A program made the position numbers and the translations under genes. This document shows, piece after piece, positions 45,569 to 55,787 of a stretch of DNA of 64,000 bases (positions are counted from its first letter, which is position 1; every line of letters begins with the position of its first letter). Under the pieces are notes generated by a model that searched no databases, was not told where the DNA came from, and saw only the letters and a list, made by a program, of their open reading frames with translations. Source of the DNA: Nitrospirales bacterium (GTDB taxonomy: Bacteria; Nitrospirota; Nitrospiria; Nitrospirales; UBA8639); NCBI GenBank assembly GCA_963555755.3, contig OY820905.2:1760001-1824000 (forward strand), in the 5' to 3' direction.

Positions 45569-45896
45569 TGAGGTGTCTCCCACGCACCAAGGGTCCATGA
45601 CGCCAGGAAGAGGCAGCATGAGATGCTGCAGCGACTATTCCCTAAACCGAATGTGTCTCTAACTAAATTCCAACTCTGTTCCACATTCGTTTGAAGACAT
45701 ACAGATCCTAAACGCTAGAGGCAAACTTACTCTCAGTGAAGAGTAGGAGCTAAGTTCTTCGATGAGAGCGACCTGAGAGGACCGGCTTCAAAATTCAGTT
45801 GATAAAATTTACTGTTTGCATCAATTATTCCTAACCAAGGCAATTCCCATATTTCCAACCTCCTCATACACAGCTTACATATACCGGTGGTGCTTC

Positions 45897-47318
45897 ATGT
45901 ATCTCGTGGTAGCGACGGTGGCCGTTGCCTGTGTTGGATGTGCTCCGCATAAAGACACCGACCTCGATTTGGACATCCTATTGGCCAACTATCACGAGCA
46001 GAACAAACAAATAAAAGCCCGGCGCCAAATCAACCTGGAAAGGGGCATAGAGCGGCTCGAGGTAGTCTTGGAGGGATCGTCGCCCGAACAGGTACTGGTG
46101 TCGGTCGATCTGAAAGAGGCCCGGCTCGAGGTATTGGTGCAGCTCATTCTCAAACGGTCACGTACAGAATTTATCCGCGAAATACCCCGCCTTGTTGGCA
46201 CTGTAACGGCGCTTTTCGAACGTAGGCCTTTGGTCGAGGCGCTATCGATCCTGCTTCGCCCGAGCGGTATGACCGCGAGTCTGAAGGATTCAATGGTGGT
46301 GATTAATGAAGCGCCGGTGCAGACCGGACCAGCGACCCTCAGCTCCGCAGACGACTCAGGTAATGTGTCACACGAGTTTTCTCTCTCGCACTTACGTACT
46401 GAACACGCGGTCAAGTTATTGAACTCCCTCTATCCATATAACGACCAAGAGGGCACCAGGGAGATCATGGTTGCACCGCTACCCAAGACTAACTCGATCG
46501 TCATTTCCGGTCGCCCTGCAATCATCGACAAAGTGGTCCATATGCTTAACCACATCGATATCGATTCTGGCCACGTCTTGTTGGAGGCTCTCATTGTCGA
46601 ATTCAACGTACAGTCCTTTCTCGATCTCGGTTCTCGCCTCGAAGGCGGCTCCACTGGGGAGTTTCGCAACATCTTTATTGACTTCGCCAACCTGATCGGC
46701 GATACGGTCTCATTTACCCGTGTTGCAGACACCGCCCACACGGCGACGTTCACAGCTGTGTTGAACATGCTGGTCCAGGACGAAGACGCGCGCATCATCT
46801 CGCGGCCATATTTGGCGACGACCAGCGGAACATCGGCACATCTCGAAATTACTGAGGACCGGTTCGTGGTCGTCCAGGCCCCTGGCGGTATCGATGTGAC
46901 GCTCGAGAAGATCTCGAGTGGCATCATCCTCGAGGTTCTTCCTGTGATCACCAAGGATGGCAGAATTGCGCTCGACCTCGAGATCGACCAGTCGCAGTTT
47001 ATCCCCACACTTGAAAACGTTGAACAACGGCGATCACGAAACTCCGTTACCACTTCCACCACGGTAGAGGATGGTCAGACAGTGATTATCGGTGGACTTA
47101 TGCTGAAGTTGGGCTCAGACAGCGTAGCTGGCCTTCCTGGATTGCGCGATTTGCCTGTTCTCAAATATTTTTTCGGGCACCAGGACATGTTTCGCCAACA
47201 ATCGCAAGTGATAATTTTCGTGACGCCGCATCTGTGGTCGCCGGGAATGGTAACGCCGACCATGGACCAGAAGAACTGGTCGTTATATAACATGCCGTCT
47301 GAGGAGGAACCGAAATAG
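45897..47318 (+). CDS. Secretin-family (GspD/PilQ-like) outer-membrane protein, possible lipoprotein
   Basis: VLLEALIVE, SGIILEVLPVI, DGQTVIIGGL, LPGLRDLPVLKYFF, IIFVTP; ATG 45897 gives a hydrophobic leader ending CVGC. Confidence 0.85.
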   Translation: MYLVVATVAVACVGCAPHKDTDLDLDILLANYHEQNKQIKARRQINLERGIERLEVVLEGSSPEQVLVSVDLKEARLEVLVQLILKRSRTEFIREIPRLVGTVTALFERRPLVEALSILLRPSGMTASLKDSMVVINEAPVQTGPATLSSADDSGNVSHEFSLSHLRTEHAVKLLNSLYPYNDQEGTREIMVAPLPKTNSIVISGRPAIIDKVVHMLNHIDIDSGHVLLEALIVEFNVQSFLDLGSRLEGGSTGEFRNIFIDFANLIGDTVSFTRVADTAHTATFTAVLNMLVQDEDARIISRPYLATTSGTSAHLEITEDRFVVVQAPGGIDVTLEKISSGIILEVLPVITKDGRIALDLEIDQSQFIPTLENVEQRRSRNSVTTSTTVEDGQTVIIGGLMLKLGSDSVAGLPGLRDLPVLKYFFGHQDMFRQQSQVIIFVTPHLWSPGMVTPTMDQKNWSLYNMPSEEEPK

Positions 47319-47575
47319 GATGATCATGAATTGCCAGGAATCGAAATTGTGATTGAGTCAACCGCACTCTTTATCACCACTCCATTTTTAAGGCATAATT
47401 GTTCCTCTCAAAAAATGGGCTCTTCTCCCAAGCGAGTGGGGAAATTTGGGCGAGTCATTTCCTGAAAGGCTCGCTGGAGAAGAGCCATAAAAAGAGGGGA
47501 AGAACAATTTGGAGAGAAAGAGCTATGCCGTCATGCTTACACACCCAACACTCGAAACTCTCAACCAAAGATTTG

Positions 47576-47622
47576 ACCCCTATCTGACCCCTATCCGACC
47601 CCTATCCCCTATCCCTATCCGA
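47576..47622. repeat. Short tandem (GAC)CCCTATCC repeats
   Basis: GACCCCTATCT GACCCCTATCC GACCCCTATCC CCTATCC CCTATCC. Confidence 0.7.
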
Positions 47623-47823
47623 GACACCCCAATCTTTATTAATTGACCACGAACGGTGATGAACGGGAATCAACAAAGGTCCCGTTGCATCGGTCAATAC
47701 AGAAGAAAAATGTTGGGGGGGGGGGGGGGGGACTCGTTGAGGGCAGAGCCGTGGGCAAGGGAATGGAATGAATTGAAACAGAAATTGGTCGGGTCGAATA
47801 ACTGAAAAGGGGATAAGAGAAAG

Positions 47824-48027
47824 TTACTGGCCTCCTTTTTGCACGTAATTCTTCACGAATTCCGAAGCGTTTTCTTCCAAGACTTCGTCAATCTCATCGA
47901 TCAGTTGGTCAATATCGTCGGTCAGTTTTTTCCCAGTCTCGACAACCTTCGGATTGGCTTTAACTTCTTGATCGTCTTGAACGGAAGGATCTTTGGTTGA
48001 ATCAGATTTACGCTCCTGCTTTTCCAT
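47824..48027 (-). CDS. pup: Prokaryotic ubiquitin-like protein Pup (67 aa)
   Basis: C-terminus LIDEIDEVLEENASEFVKNYVQKGGQ; GGGAGG RBS before ATG 48027. Confidence 0.92.
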   Translation of the reverse strand: MEKQERKSDSTKDPSVQDDQEVKANPKVVETGKKLTDDIDQLIDEIDEVLEENASEFVKNYVQKGGQ

Positions 48028-48624
48028 CGGCCACCTCCCTGACTTAAAAAGACACTCGGTCAAGTCAATTCAGGATAACGGAGCCCGTCTGAGGGGTCAA
48101 GGTAAACCCCTTCGTCAAATCACGCAGCCTGTTCTTAACCGCTTAAAAAATTGTCAGACGGTAGGCGGGAAACGGGAGGGGAAGCCCCACCTTCCTCTTG
48201 CTGCCGTCTCCCGTCTTTCGCCTAACGATGGAATTAAGCATTTTTATCATCCCACAGAACATGGAGAATTGCTTAGAAAGCAGTTAGCGGTTCGCACCAA
48301 TACACAGGCAGCCGGGGCTTGATCCTTGTCAGAGCAGGGCCCTCCCGTTCAAGGATCAGCATCACCAAACGATTCCGTCCGAGTAACCGCTCCAACGCCC
48401 AAGCACGAAAGTGTGTCGGGAACCCATACCGCGCGCCTCTTCGATGACGACGTAGAGGCTTCAGCCCAAGCAACCCGGCCACCTCCTGATCACGGGCCTG
48501 GTACCATTCAAAAAACTTCCCCACCTGAAATAACAACACATCCCCGGAAAACCGCCAGCGATAATACCCGTATTGACAACCGATCGTGCGCAGGTTGGCG
48601 GGAAAACAAAACGTTCGCTCCTGT

Positions 48625-48783
48625 TGTCATTTCGACCCTCCCCTTGGTCATTTCGATCACCCCCAATTGTCATTTCGACCCTCCCTTTGTCATTTCGACC
48701 CTTGGGAGAAATCTCTTTCCCGCCACACGAGCCACAACCGTCCAGGGCCAGCCAAGAGATTTCTCCTTTCACTCGAAATGACA
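48625..48783. repeat. REP-like cluster, GTCATTTCGA units
   Basis: Four tandem GTCATTTCGA units and a closing inverted TCGAAATGAC; related at 56432. Confidence 0.75.
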
Positions 48784-48894
48784 CCGGGGGGGTGTCCATA
48801 TATGATAGAGGGGGACTGATTGCTCATCCCCTCCCGCTAACCAATTCGATCAATCTTGGTGACCTTTTATAAGGTAGGGTCCCCTTTTTGGCTT

Positions 48895-49157
48895 CCCGCG
48901 TTGGGTGCGGCGGAGCCGGAGCCCCGAATCGACTTTTCGGCGAGGGCTGTTTGAGCGGAGCGAGTTCCCGAGCCATCTTGACCTGTCCTGAGCAAAGTCG
49001 AAGGGTTTGGGGCGAAGACGGAGGGACCCGTAGAGCCTGCCCCCGCAGAAGCGGGGGGCCGCGCACGGGCGGAAATGGTTTTGGGCACTTTTACCGAAAC
49101 AACAGGCCTGTCCTGAGCTTGCCGAAGGGGCCTCGCCGCGTGGGGGCAAAACCCCAC
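48895..49157. repeat. Structured intergenic element, family D copy 1
   Basis: Reverse complement aligns with 56584-56782. Confidence 0.8.
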
Positions 49158-49271
49158 TTTAATATTTTTCAACCATACCCGAAAAACCTATTGGTCAATG
49201 ACGCGCGGAAGAGGCATCCTTCGACATGGCTCAGGAGGGATGCTGCACCTACAAAAAGACGCTATTTTCTA

Positions 49272-51413
49272 TTAACGGACCAGCAGGCCACCGTACTGCA
49301 CAAAAAACGGGACGAAGACTAGTGACAGAATAGCGGAAAGTTTGATCAGGATATTCAGCGACGGGCCTGAGGTATCTTTGAGTGGATCCCCGACGGTATC
49401 GCCAACAACTGCGGCTTTATGAATGTCAGTACCCTTGCCGCCGAGGTTACCGGCTTCAATATATTTCTTGGCATTATCCCAGGCTCCACCACTATTAGAT
49501 GAGGAGATGGCCATGACGCCACCGGCGACTAAAGAACCTGCAAGGACACCCGCGAGCGCTTGAATGTCAAACAGGAAACCGACAAGCAGTGGGGTCCCCA
49601 TGATCAGAATGCCTGGGGGAATCATTTCCTTTAGCGCAGCTTGAGTTGAAATGGCCACACATCGGTCAGAATCCGCCTCGGCTTTCCCTTCCATGAGGCC
49701 AGGAATGGTGCGAAACTGACGTCTGACTTCTTCAATCATTTTATAGGCCGCCGTCCCCACAGACTTCATGGTCATCGCTGAAAAATATGACGGTAACATC
49801 GCACCGATAAACAGCCCGGTAAAGACCAAGGGATCGAGCAAGTTAATGCTTCCCAACAGATCATACTCAGGACCACGTTGTTCCTTGAGCAACAAATCAG
49901 CCCGTGTCAAAAAGGCAGCGAACAGGGCCAACGAGGTGAGGATTGCTGCGCCGATGGCGAACCCTTTACCAATGGCAGCTGTGGTGTTTCCTGCTGCATC
50001 CAGCACGTCCGTTCGTTTTCGCACGTGCTCAGGCATGCCGGCCATTTCAGCAATGCCACCGGCGTTATCAGAAATCGGGCCGTAGACATCGATGGTCAGC
50101 GCAATGACCAGTGTACCAAGCATACCAAGAGAGGCGATGGCCACACCGTACATACCAGCCAACATCCACGGGATATAGATGGCCAAGCCAATCGCGAGAT
50201 AGGGACCCACGGCACTCTGATAGCCGAGAGCTAAGCCAAAAATGATATTCGTGGCCGAACCGGTTTCACACGATTTCGCCAATTCTCGCACGGGAGCGTA
50301 GTTATGTGAGGTGTAATATTCGGTTATCAGACCCACGACGAGCCCAGCAATTAAGCCGGCGAGGAAGCAAAAATACACCGCCAGATCCGTATACGTCTCA
50401 CCGCCGATTTGAAAGGAATCGGGGACCATGGCCTTGGTGACGAAAAACATCACCACCGCTGTCAACACACTAGAGATGATCAGCATCTTTTTGAGCGCTG
50501 GACCCACTTGGTCTTCCGTGTTGACCTTGATCATCATCAAGGTCAGAAAGCTCACTGGGATCCCAACAGCAGAGATAAGAATCGGATACAACAACGCATC
50601 GACCATGCCGGAAAAGGCCACAGCGCTAATCACCATAGCGGCGCAGGTACTTTCAGCACAGGACCCAAATAAGTCGGCACCCATACCGGCCACATCACCG
50701 ACATTATCGCCCACGTTATCGGCAATCACCGCAGGGTTACGCGGATCGTCTTCAGGAATACCCGCTTCAACTTTACCGACCAGATCAGCACCGACGTCAG
50801 CGGCTTTGGTGAAAATACCACCACCCACACGGGCGAATAGCGCAATAGACGAACCACCGAGACCGAAGCCGGCAATAACTTCCATCAGAATGTGTGTCGG
50901 GAGTTGAGCCGGCATGATATTCACCAGCAGAAGATACACCCCAAGTAGTCCTAAGGAGGCCAGACTCACCAACGCAAAGCCCATGACGGAGCCCGAATGC
51001 AACGCAACCTTAAACGCTTCGGAAAGGGATTTATTGGCTGAGACCGTGGTACGCACATTGCCCTGGGTCGCGATCTTCATGCCGATGAATCCCGAAAGAA
51101 TCGAAATGATCGCGCCAACAATGAACGCAATGGCGGTATAAATCCCTTCATTCACATAATCGGTTTGATGGTCATCAATGAGGACCGCAATGATCGCCGC
51201 AAAGACCACCATAAAGATGGCCATGAATTTATATTCCTGCTTGAGGAATGCCATGGCCCCATTGGCGATAGCCGAGTGGATCTTAGCCAGACGCTGCTTG
51301 AGTTCGGGATCATCGATACCCATATCGATGGGGATTTTTCTGGTCGATGAAGAATAATAAAATGCGATGACCAGTCCGAGAAATGACAGGGCCAGAATAG
51401 CAGTTACCGCCAT
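49272..51413 (-). CDS. hppA: Membrane-bound K+-dependent ion-translocating pyrophosphatase
   Basis: [42 protein letters not shown]. Confidence 0.96.
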   Translation of the reverse strand: MAVTAILALSFLGLVIAFYYSSSTRKIPIDMGIDDPELKQRLAKIHSAIANGAMAFLKQEYKFMAIFMVVFAAIIAVLIDDHQTDYVNEGIYTAIAFIVGAIISILSGFIGMKIATQGNVRTTVSANKSLSEAFKVALHSGSVMGFALVSLASLGLLGVYLLLVNIMPAQLPTHILMEVIAGFGLGGSSIALFARVGGGIFTKAADVGADLVGKVEAGIPEDDPRNPAVIADNVGDNVGDVAGMGADLFGSCAESTCAAMVISAVAFSGMVDALLYPILISAVGIPVSFLTLMMIKVNTEDQVGPALKKMLIISSVLTAVVMFFVTKAMVPDSFQIGGETYTDLAVYFCFLAGLIAGLVVGLITEYYTSHNYAPVRELAKSCETGSATNIIFGLALGYQSAVGPYLAIGLAIYIPWMLAGMYGVAIASLGMLGTLVIALTIDVYGPISDNAGGIAEMAGMPEHVRKRTDVLDAAGNTTAAIGKGFAIGAAILTSLALFAAFLTRADLLLKEQRGPEYDLLGSINLLDPLVFTGLFIGAMLPSYFSAMTMKSVGTAAYKMIEEVRRQFRTIPGLMEGKAEADSDRCVAISTQAALKEMIPPGILIMGTPLLVGFLFDIQALAGVLAGSLVAGGVMAISSSNSGGAWDNAKKYIEAGNLGGKGTDIHKAAVVGDTVGDPLKDTSGPSLNILIKLSAILSLVFVPFFVQYGGLLVR

Positions 51414-51966
51414 GTTGGATATCTCTCCATGTAGTTAAAGACAAAAGGATTGATTCGCCATCACATACAAAAGAAAATTGATCATGTGAGGGAAAGCAAT
51501 ATTGGTAGAATTGGACTCTCTTACCCAAGCATGCGTTATGTCTGCTGAGTCACGTTTCTACCTTGAGGTGTATTCCTTGGGCACAGTAAAGAAGAATATA
51601 GCTGAAAAACTGCCCATTGTATCCATCGAGACACGAATGATCAAGAAAAAATTCAACGAAGCAAATACGTTGGCTTCAACCTAGAAACGGTAGTTGGGCG
51701 CAAAAAAGACGTGTAAGATATTGGTGTGCATCGTGAAGGAGAAAAATTCGTAGTCACCTTTTGGGTGATGAGACATTTTTCTGTTTTGCGAATTGTGCCA
51801 AGAGCTTGCGCGGACTTTTGTGATCCAACTGCGGTTTCTAGGTTCAAACATCGCTCACACGTCATGCACGTGAAAACGATGCTCACGCTTCTTGATTGAT
51901 CAACGCTTCTTTGGATAAGAACGAAGATGTGAAGGAGTTCCCGCCAAGTCACAGGCTTTGATTAAG

Positions 51967-52111
51967 GGGTCGCGCTAGCATGTTTGGGTGCTGAGACGCC
52001 TGTCTGGCAGGGCGCGAGGACTGCGCATACTCCTCGTATGGAAAGGACGAACAACGCCGCCAGACAGGATGGATCGACGCCCAAACAGGGGAAGTTATTC
52101 TAGCGCGACCC
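51967..52111. repeat. Palindromic element, family B copy 1
   Basis: Reverse complement of 52745-52901; overlaps the last codons of the pseudouridine synthase. Confidence 0.85.
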
Positions 52112-52694
52112 TTAAGAGCCGAAGCTCTTGGGAACGGAGCTGTCGATACTGACCTGAAAGCAAGTTATCGATACGTATCGGACCGATCGCCATTCGAATA
52201 ATTCGGAGAGCAGGATGACCGACGGCCGCGGTCATCCGCCGGACCTGTCGATTCATCCCTTCAGCAATTGAAATCTCCAACCAGGCAGTTGGAACCGATT
52301 TGCGAAATCGAATAGGAACGGGACGTTCCCATAACGAAGGGGCGTGATCCAACAGATGAACCCTCGCTGGCCGAGTCTTCCGTCCGCCAATAACCACTCC
52401 TGTGCGAAGTTTTGCTAAACTGTGTTTATCGGGAATGCGTTCAACTTGCACGACATAGGTTTTAAACAATTTAAACTTGGGGTCAGTTAAACGATGCGCT
52501 AATGACCCATCGGCAGTGAGCAGAAGCAATCCCTCGCTGTCGAAATCAAGTCGTCCCGCCGCATACACATCGGGAACGGAAATATAATCCGACAGTGTGG
52601 GACGCTGTGATGTATCCGTAAAACAAGACAGCACGCCATACGGTTTATTGAAGATCAGGGTGTGACCAGGATGTATTTTCACATTTCTCACCAC
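52095..52694 (-). CDS. RsuA/RluE-family rRNA pseudouridine synthase
   Basis: FNKPYG, AGRLDFDSEGLLLLT, EGMNRQVRRMTAAVG. Confidence 0.92.
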   Translation of the reverse strand: MVRNVKIHPGHTLIFNKPYGVLSCFTDTSQRPTLSDYISVPDVYAAGRLDFDSEGLLLLTADGSLAHRLTDPKFKLFKTYVVQVERIPDKHSLAKLRTGVVIGGRKTRPARVHLLDHAPSLWERPVPIRFRKSVPTAWLEISIAEGMNRQVRRMTAAVGHPALRIIRMAIGPIRIDNLLSGQYRQLRSQELRLLRVALE

Positions 52695-52744
52695 TTCGTC
52701 ATTTTATCATCATTTTTTATTCCACCCATTCAACGTAGAATGAA

Positions 52745-52901
52745 GGGTTCGCGCAAGAATAACTTCCCCTGTTTGGGCGTCGATCCATCCTGTCTGGCGG
52801 CGTTGCTCGTCCTTTCCATACGAGGAGTATGCGCAGTCCTCCCGCCTTGCCAGACAGGCGTCTCAGCACCCAAACAGGGGAAGTTATTCTTGCGCGAATC
52901 C
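52745..52901. repeat. Palindromic element, family B copy 2
   Basis: Long perfect stem TTCGCGCAAGAATAACTTCCCCTGTTTGGG / CCCAAACAGGGGAAGTTATTCTTGCGCGAA. Confidence 0.85.
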
Positions 52902-53003
52902 TAATCAGTTGCCCAGTTTATAATTTTCTGTTAACGTACGGAGCAATTCTGGTTAATTACTCACGCACTACCACTAAACATCGAATCAATAGGGGAATTA
53001 TCA

Positions 53004-54023
53004 ATGGCCTGGGAACCAAAAGATCCGTGGGGGAAACAAGGTGGCTCAGACCCTCTGGATGACGTCCTTAAAAAAGCCCAAGAACAATGGAAGCGGCTGA
53101 TGCCGTCGACTGGGGTGAAGACCATCATCTTGATTGTCGTGGGCATTTTCGCACTCACCCAAGCCTTCTACAAAGTCGAACCCGATGAGGAAGGTCTCGT
53201 GAAACGGTTTGGCGATGTAGTCCGCGTCGTTGGACCTGGCCCCCATTTCAAAATTCCGATCCTTGAAAGCGTGGATACGCCTAAGGTTGAAAAATTGCAC
53301 CGGATCGAAGTCGGGTTTCGCACCAATGCTCGAGGCCGGTCACAGATGGTCCCGCAAGAAGCGCACATGTTAACGGGGGATATGAATATTCTGGTCGTTG
53401 AATTTATCGTGCAATACAAAATCAGCAATGCCAGAAACTTTCTTTTTAATGTTGCGGGCATTGAAGAGACGATCCGAAAAGCCGCGGAAGCCTCCATGCG
53501 GGAAATCGTCGGCAAAAACAAGATCGATGAAGTGTTAACTGTGGGCAAAGCCGAGATTCAAATGAAAACCCAAGCCCTCCTGCAGGGAATACTCAACCAA
53601 TATGAGGGCGGAGTACAGATTTCCACCGTCCAATTATTGGATGTAAACCCCCCACAGAAAGTGGCGAAATACTTTAAAGATGTCGCCAGTGCGAAAGAGG
53701 AGAGAGAGCAGCTCATCAACCAAGCCCATGGCTATCGAAATGACCTCATACCCAAAGCCAAAGGACAGGCGGCACAAGATGTTAATGAAGCCAAAGGGTA
53801 TGCTAAGTCCAGAATCGCTCGGGCTGAAGGTGAAGCGAATCACTTTTTGCAAACACTGAAAGAATACAAAAAAGGCAAAAACGTCATCGCCACGCGGGTG
53901 TATATCGAAACCATGGAAAAAGTGCTCTCGAACGTCGATAAAATTATTCTAGATTCTAACGCAGCGGGCAATGTCATCCCCTATCTCCCGTTAGATCGAA
54001 TGAAAAGGCAGGCTTCACCATAA
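53004..54023 (+). CDS. hflK: FtsH modulator HflK
   Basis: MAWEPKDPWG, TM helix, SPFH domain, MLTGDMN, VYIETME. Confidence 0.95.
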   Translation: MAWEPKDPWGKQGGSDPLDDVLKKAQEQWKRLMPSTGVKTIILIVVGIFALTQAFYKVEPDEEGLVKRFGDVVRVVGPGPHFKIPILESVDTPKVEKLHRIEVGFRTNARGRSQMVPQEAHMLTGDMNILVVEFIVQYKISNARNFLFNVAGIEETIRKAAEASMREIVGKNKIDEVLTVGKAEIQMKTQALLQGILNQYEGGVQISTVQLLDVNPPQKVAKYFKDVASAKEEREQLINQAHGYRNDLIPKAKGQAAQDVNEAKGYAKSRIARAEGEANHFLQTLKEYKKGKNVIATRVYIETMEKVLSNVDKIILDSNAAGNVIPYLPLDRMKRQASP

Positions 54024-54880
54024 TGAAACAAAATCTAATCCTCGGCATATTAGGTGTATTCGTCTTGCTCATTATGTTGGGGGTATCCCCATTCTTTATT
54101 GTTGATCTGACGCAAACGGCCATCGTCGTCCAGCTTGGTGAACCCAAGCGAACCATCACCGAACCCGGCTTAAAGTTCAAGATTCCCTTCGTGCAAGAAG
54201 TCACCTATTTTGATAAACGACTCCTGGATTACGACGTCCCCGCTCGCGAGGTCATTACCAAAGACAAAAAGACTATTTTGATCGATAATTACGCCAAATG
54301 GAAAATCGTGGATCCCCTCCAAGTGTACAAATCATTCCAAACCCAACGGGGAGCGCTTCAACGATTGGACGATATCGTCTATTCCGAGCTTCGCGTGGAG
54401 CTAGGTGGCCATGAACTCCACGAAATTGTCTCCGCCAACCGGTTGGTGATCATGGCCAAGGTCGCACTACGAGCCAACGAAATAGCCAACAAATATGGCT
54501 TGGAAATCTTAGATGTCCGAATCAAACGCGCGGACCTGCCTGAGCAAAATGCCAAGGCCGTGTTTGATCGCATGCAAGCCGAACGGGAACGGATCGCCAA
54601 ACAGTATAAAGCCGAAGGCGCGGAAGAAGCGCAGAAAATTCGATCGGAAGCCGAAAAGGATCGCGCAATTCTTTTAGCCAATGCCTACAAAACGTCCCAA
54701 GAACTTCGCGGTGCGGGCGAGGCCAAAGCCTTCAAAATTTACGCCGATGCCTATCGGCAAGATCCCAAATTTTTTGAATTTATTCGGACCATGGAAGCCT
54801 ACGGTAAAGTCTTCTCCACAAACACCACCATGGTGCTCAGTCCCGATTCCGAGTTTTTGCGATACCTGAAAAAACGCTAA
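54023..54880 (+). CDS. hflC: FtsH modulator HflC
   Basis: DVRIKRADLP, RMQAERER, LSPDSEFLRY. Confidence 0.96.
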   Translation: MKQNLILGILGVFVLLIMLGVSPFFIVDLTQTAIVVQLGEPKRTITEPGLKFKIPFVQEVTYFDKRLLDYDVPAREVITKDKKTILIDNYAKWKIVDPLQVYKSFQTQRGALQRLDDIVYSELRVELGGHELHEIVSANRLVIMAKVALRANEIANKYGLEILDVRIKRADLPEQNAKAVFDRMQAERERIAKQYKAEGAEEAQKIRSEAEKDRAILLANAYKTSQELRGAGEAKAFKIYADAYRQDPKFFEFIRTMEAYGKVFSTNTTMVLSPDSEFLRYLKKR

Positions 54881-54976
54881 CCGCCTCGGTTTACAATTCA
54901 ACCTTCCTTCACATTCCGCCCTTGCTTGACCATCTCTTTTCAGGTTAAAACTCCAGCATGGCAAACCAAGGACATC
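54831..54976 (+). repeat. Direct repeat copy 1 (hflC end to pentapeptide-gene start)
   Basis: Matches 55629-55787. Confidence 0.85.
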
Positions 54977-55043
54977 AATAGGAAAAACTAGTAGAGACAC
55001 AAGTCAATCAGCCAGAAAAGTCCAAAATTCTTCCACACCAACC

Positions 55044-55313
55044 ATGCCTGAAATCGCTAGATTTTTTGGAATCATCATTCGAATGTATGTCGAACCAAGT
55101 GGCCCTCATCACCGACCACACTTTCATGCGTACTATCAAGAACATGTCGGAATTTATGCCATCGATGAAATCGAACTTCTCGCCGGCAGTCTTCCAGCTC
55201 GACAAGAACGTCTGGCTACAGCTTGGGCAGAAATCCATCAAGAAGAACTCTTAAATAACTGGAATGTCTTGCAGGCTGGTGCTCCTCCAAGTAAAATTGA
55301 ACCACTGCGGTAA
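55044..55313 (+). CDS. DUF4160 family protein (putative toxin)
   Basis: MPEIARFFGIIIRMY, HHRPHFHAYY, WAEIHQEELLNNW, IEPL. Confidence 0.88.
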   Translation: MPEIARFFGIIIRMYVEPSGPHHRPHFHAYYQEHVGIYAIDEIELLAGSLPARQERLATAWAEIHQEELLNNWNVLQAGAPPSKIEPLR

Positions 55314-55317
55314 CAAT

Positions 55318-55614
55318 ATGGCTCACTCAATCCATAAAGTCGTGAAGTTTGAAAAGGTGGCTCCGTTCACCCTCAACGTTGAATTTGAGGACGGCGCACA
55401 TCAGGTCATCGACTTTCAACCAGTTTTACGGGGAGAGGTATATGGACCGTTGAACGATGCACGTGTATTTGATCAGGCTTGTTTAGACGAAGAAGTCCAT
55501 ACTATCGTGTGGCCCAATGGAGCGGACTTTGATCCTGCCACACTCTATGATTGGCCTCAAGCCGGACCAAAACTTGAAGCGCTGACAAAATGCTGGAAAA
55601 CAAAGGTCGGATAG
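55318..55614 (+). CDS. DUF2442 family protein (putative antitoxin)
   Basis: LNVEFEDG, TIVWPNGADFDPATLY. Confidence 0.88.
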   Translation: MAHSIHKVVKFEKVAPFTLNVEFEDGAHQVIDFQPVLRGEVYGPLNDARVFDQACLDEEVHTIVWPNGADFDPATLYDWPQAGPKLEALTKCWKTKVG

Positions 55615-55628
55615 CCCACACCTCCCCT

Positions 55629-55787
55629 TGGTGCTCAGTCCCGATTCCGAGTTTTTGCGATACCTAAAAAAACGGTAACCGCGTCGGTTTTCACTTCATC
55701 CTCTCTCTTCAGCATTACACCACGTTTCATCCTTGCTTCACCGTCTCTTCTCACGTTAAAACAGTAACATGGCAAACCAAGAACATC
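55629..55787 (+). repeat. Direct repeat copy 2
   Basis: TGGTGCTCAGTCCCGATTCCGAGTTTTTGCGATACCT identical to hflC 3' end. Confidence 0.85.

Noticed and set aside
47824..48027. UBact instead of Pup
   Set aside because: C-terminus is VQKGGQ with the Pup helix, not the R(S/T)G(E/Q) end of UBact
48625..48783. CRISPR array
   Set aside because: Units are ~10 bp with short similar spacers and a closing inverted copy; no cas genes; REP-like instead
48273..49322. Overlapping ORFs of 77-151 aa
   Set aside because: Mostly translations of repeat DNA on both strands; no family signal
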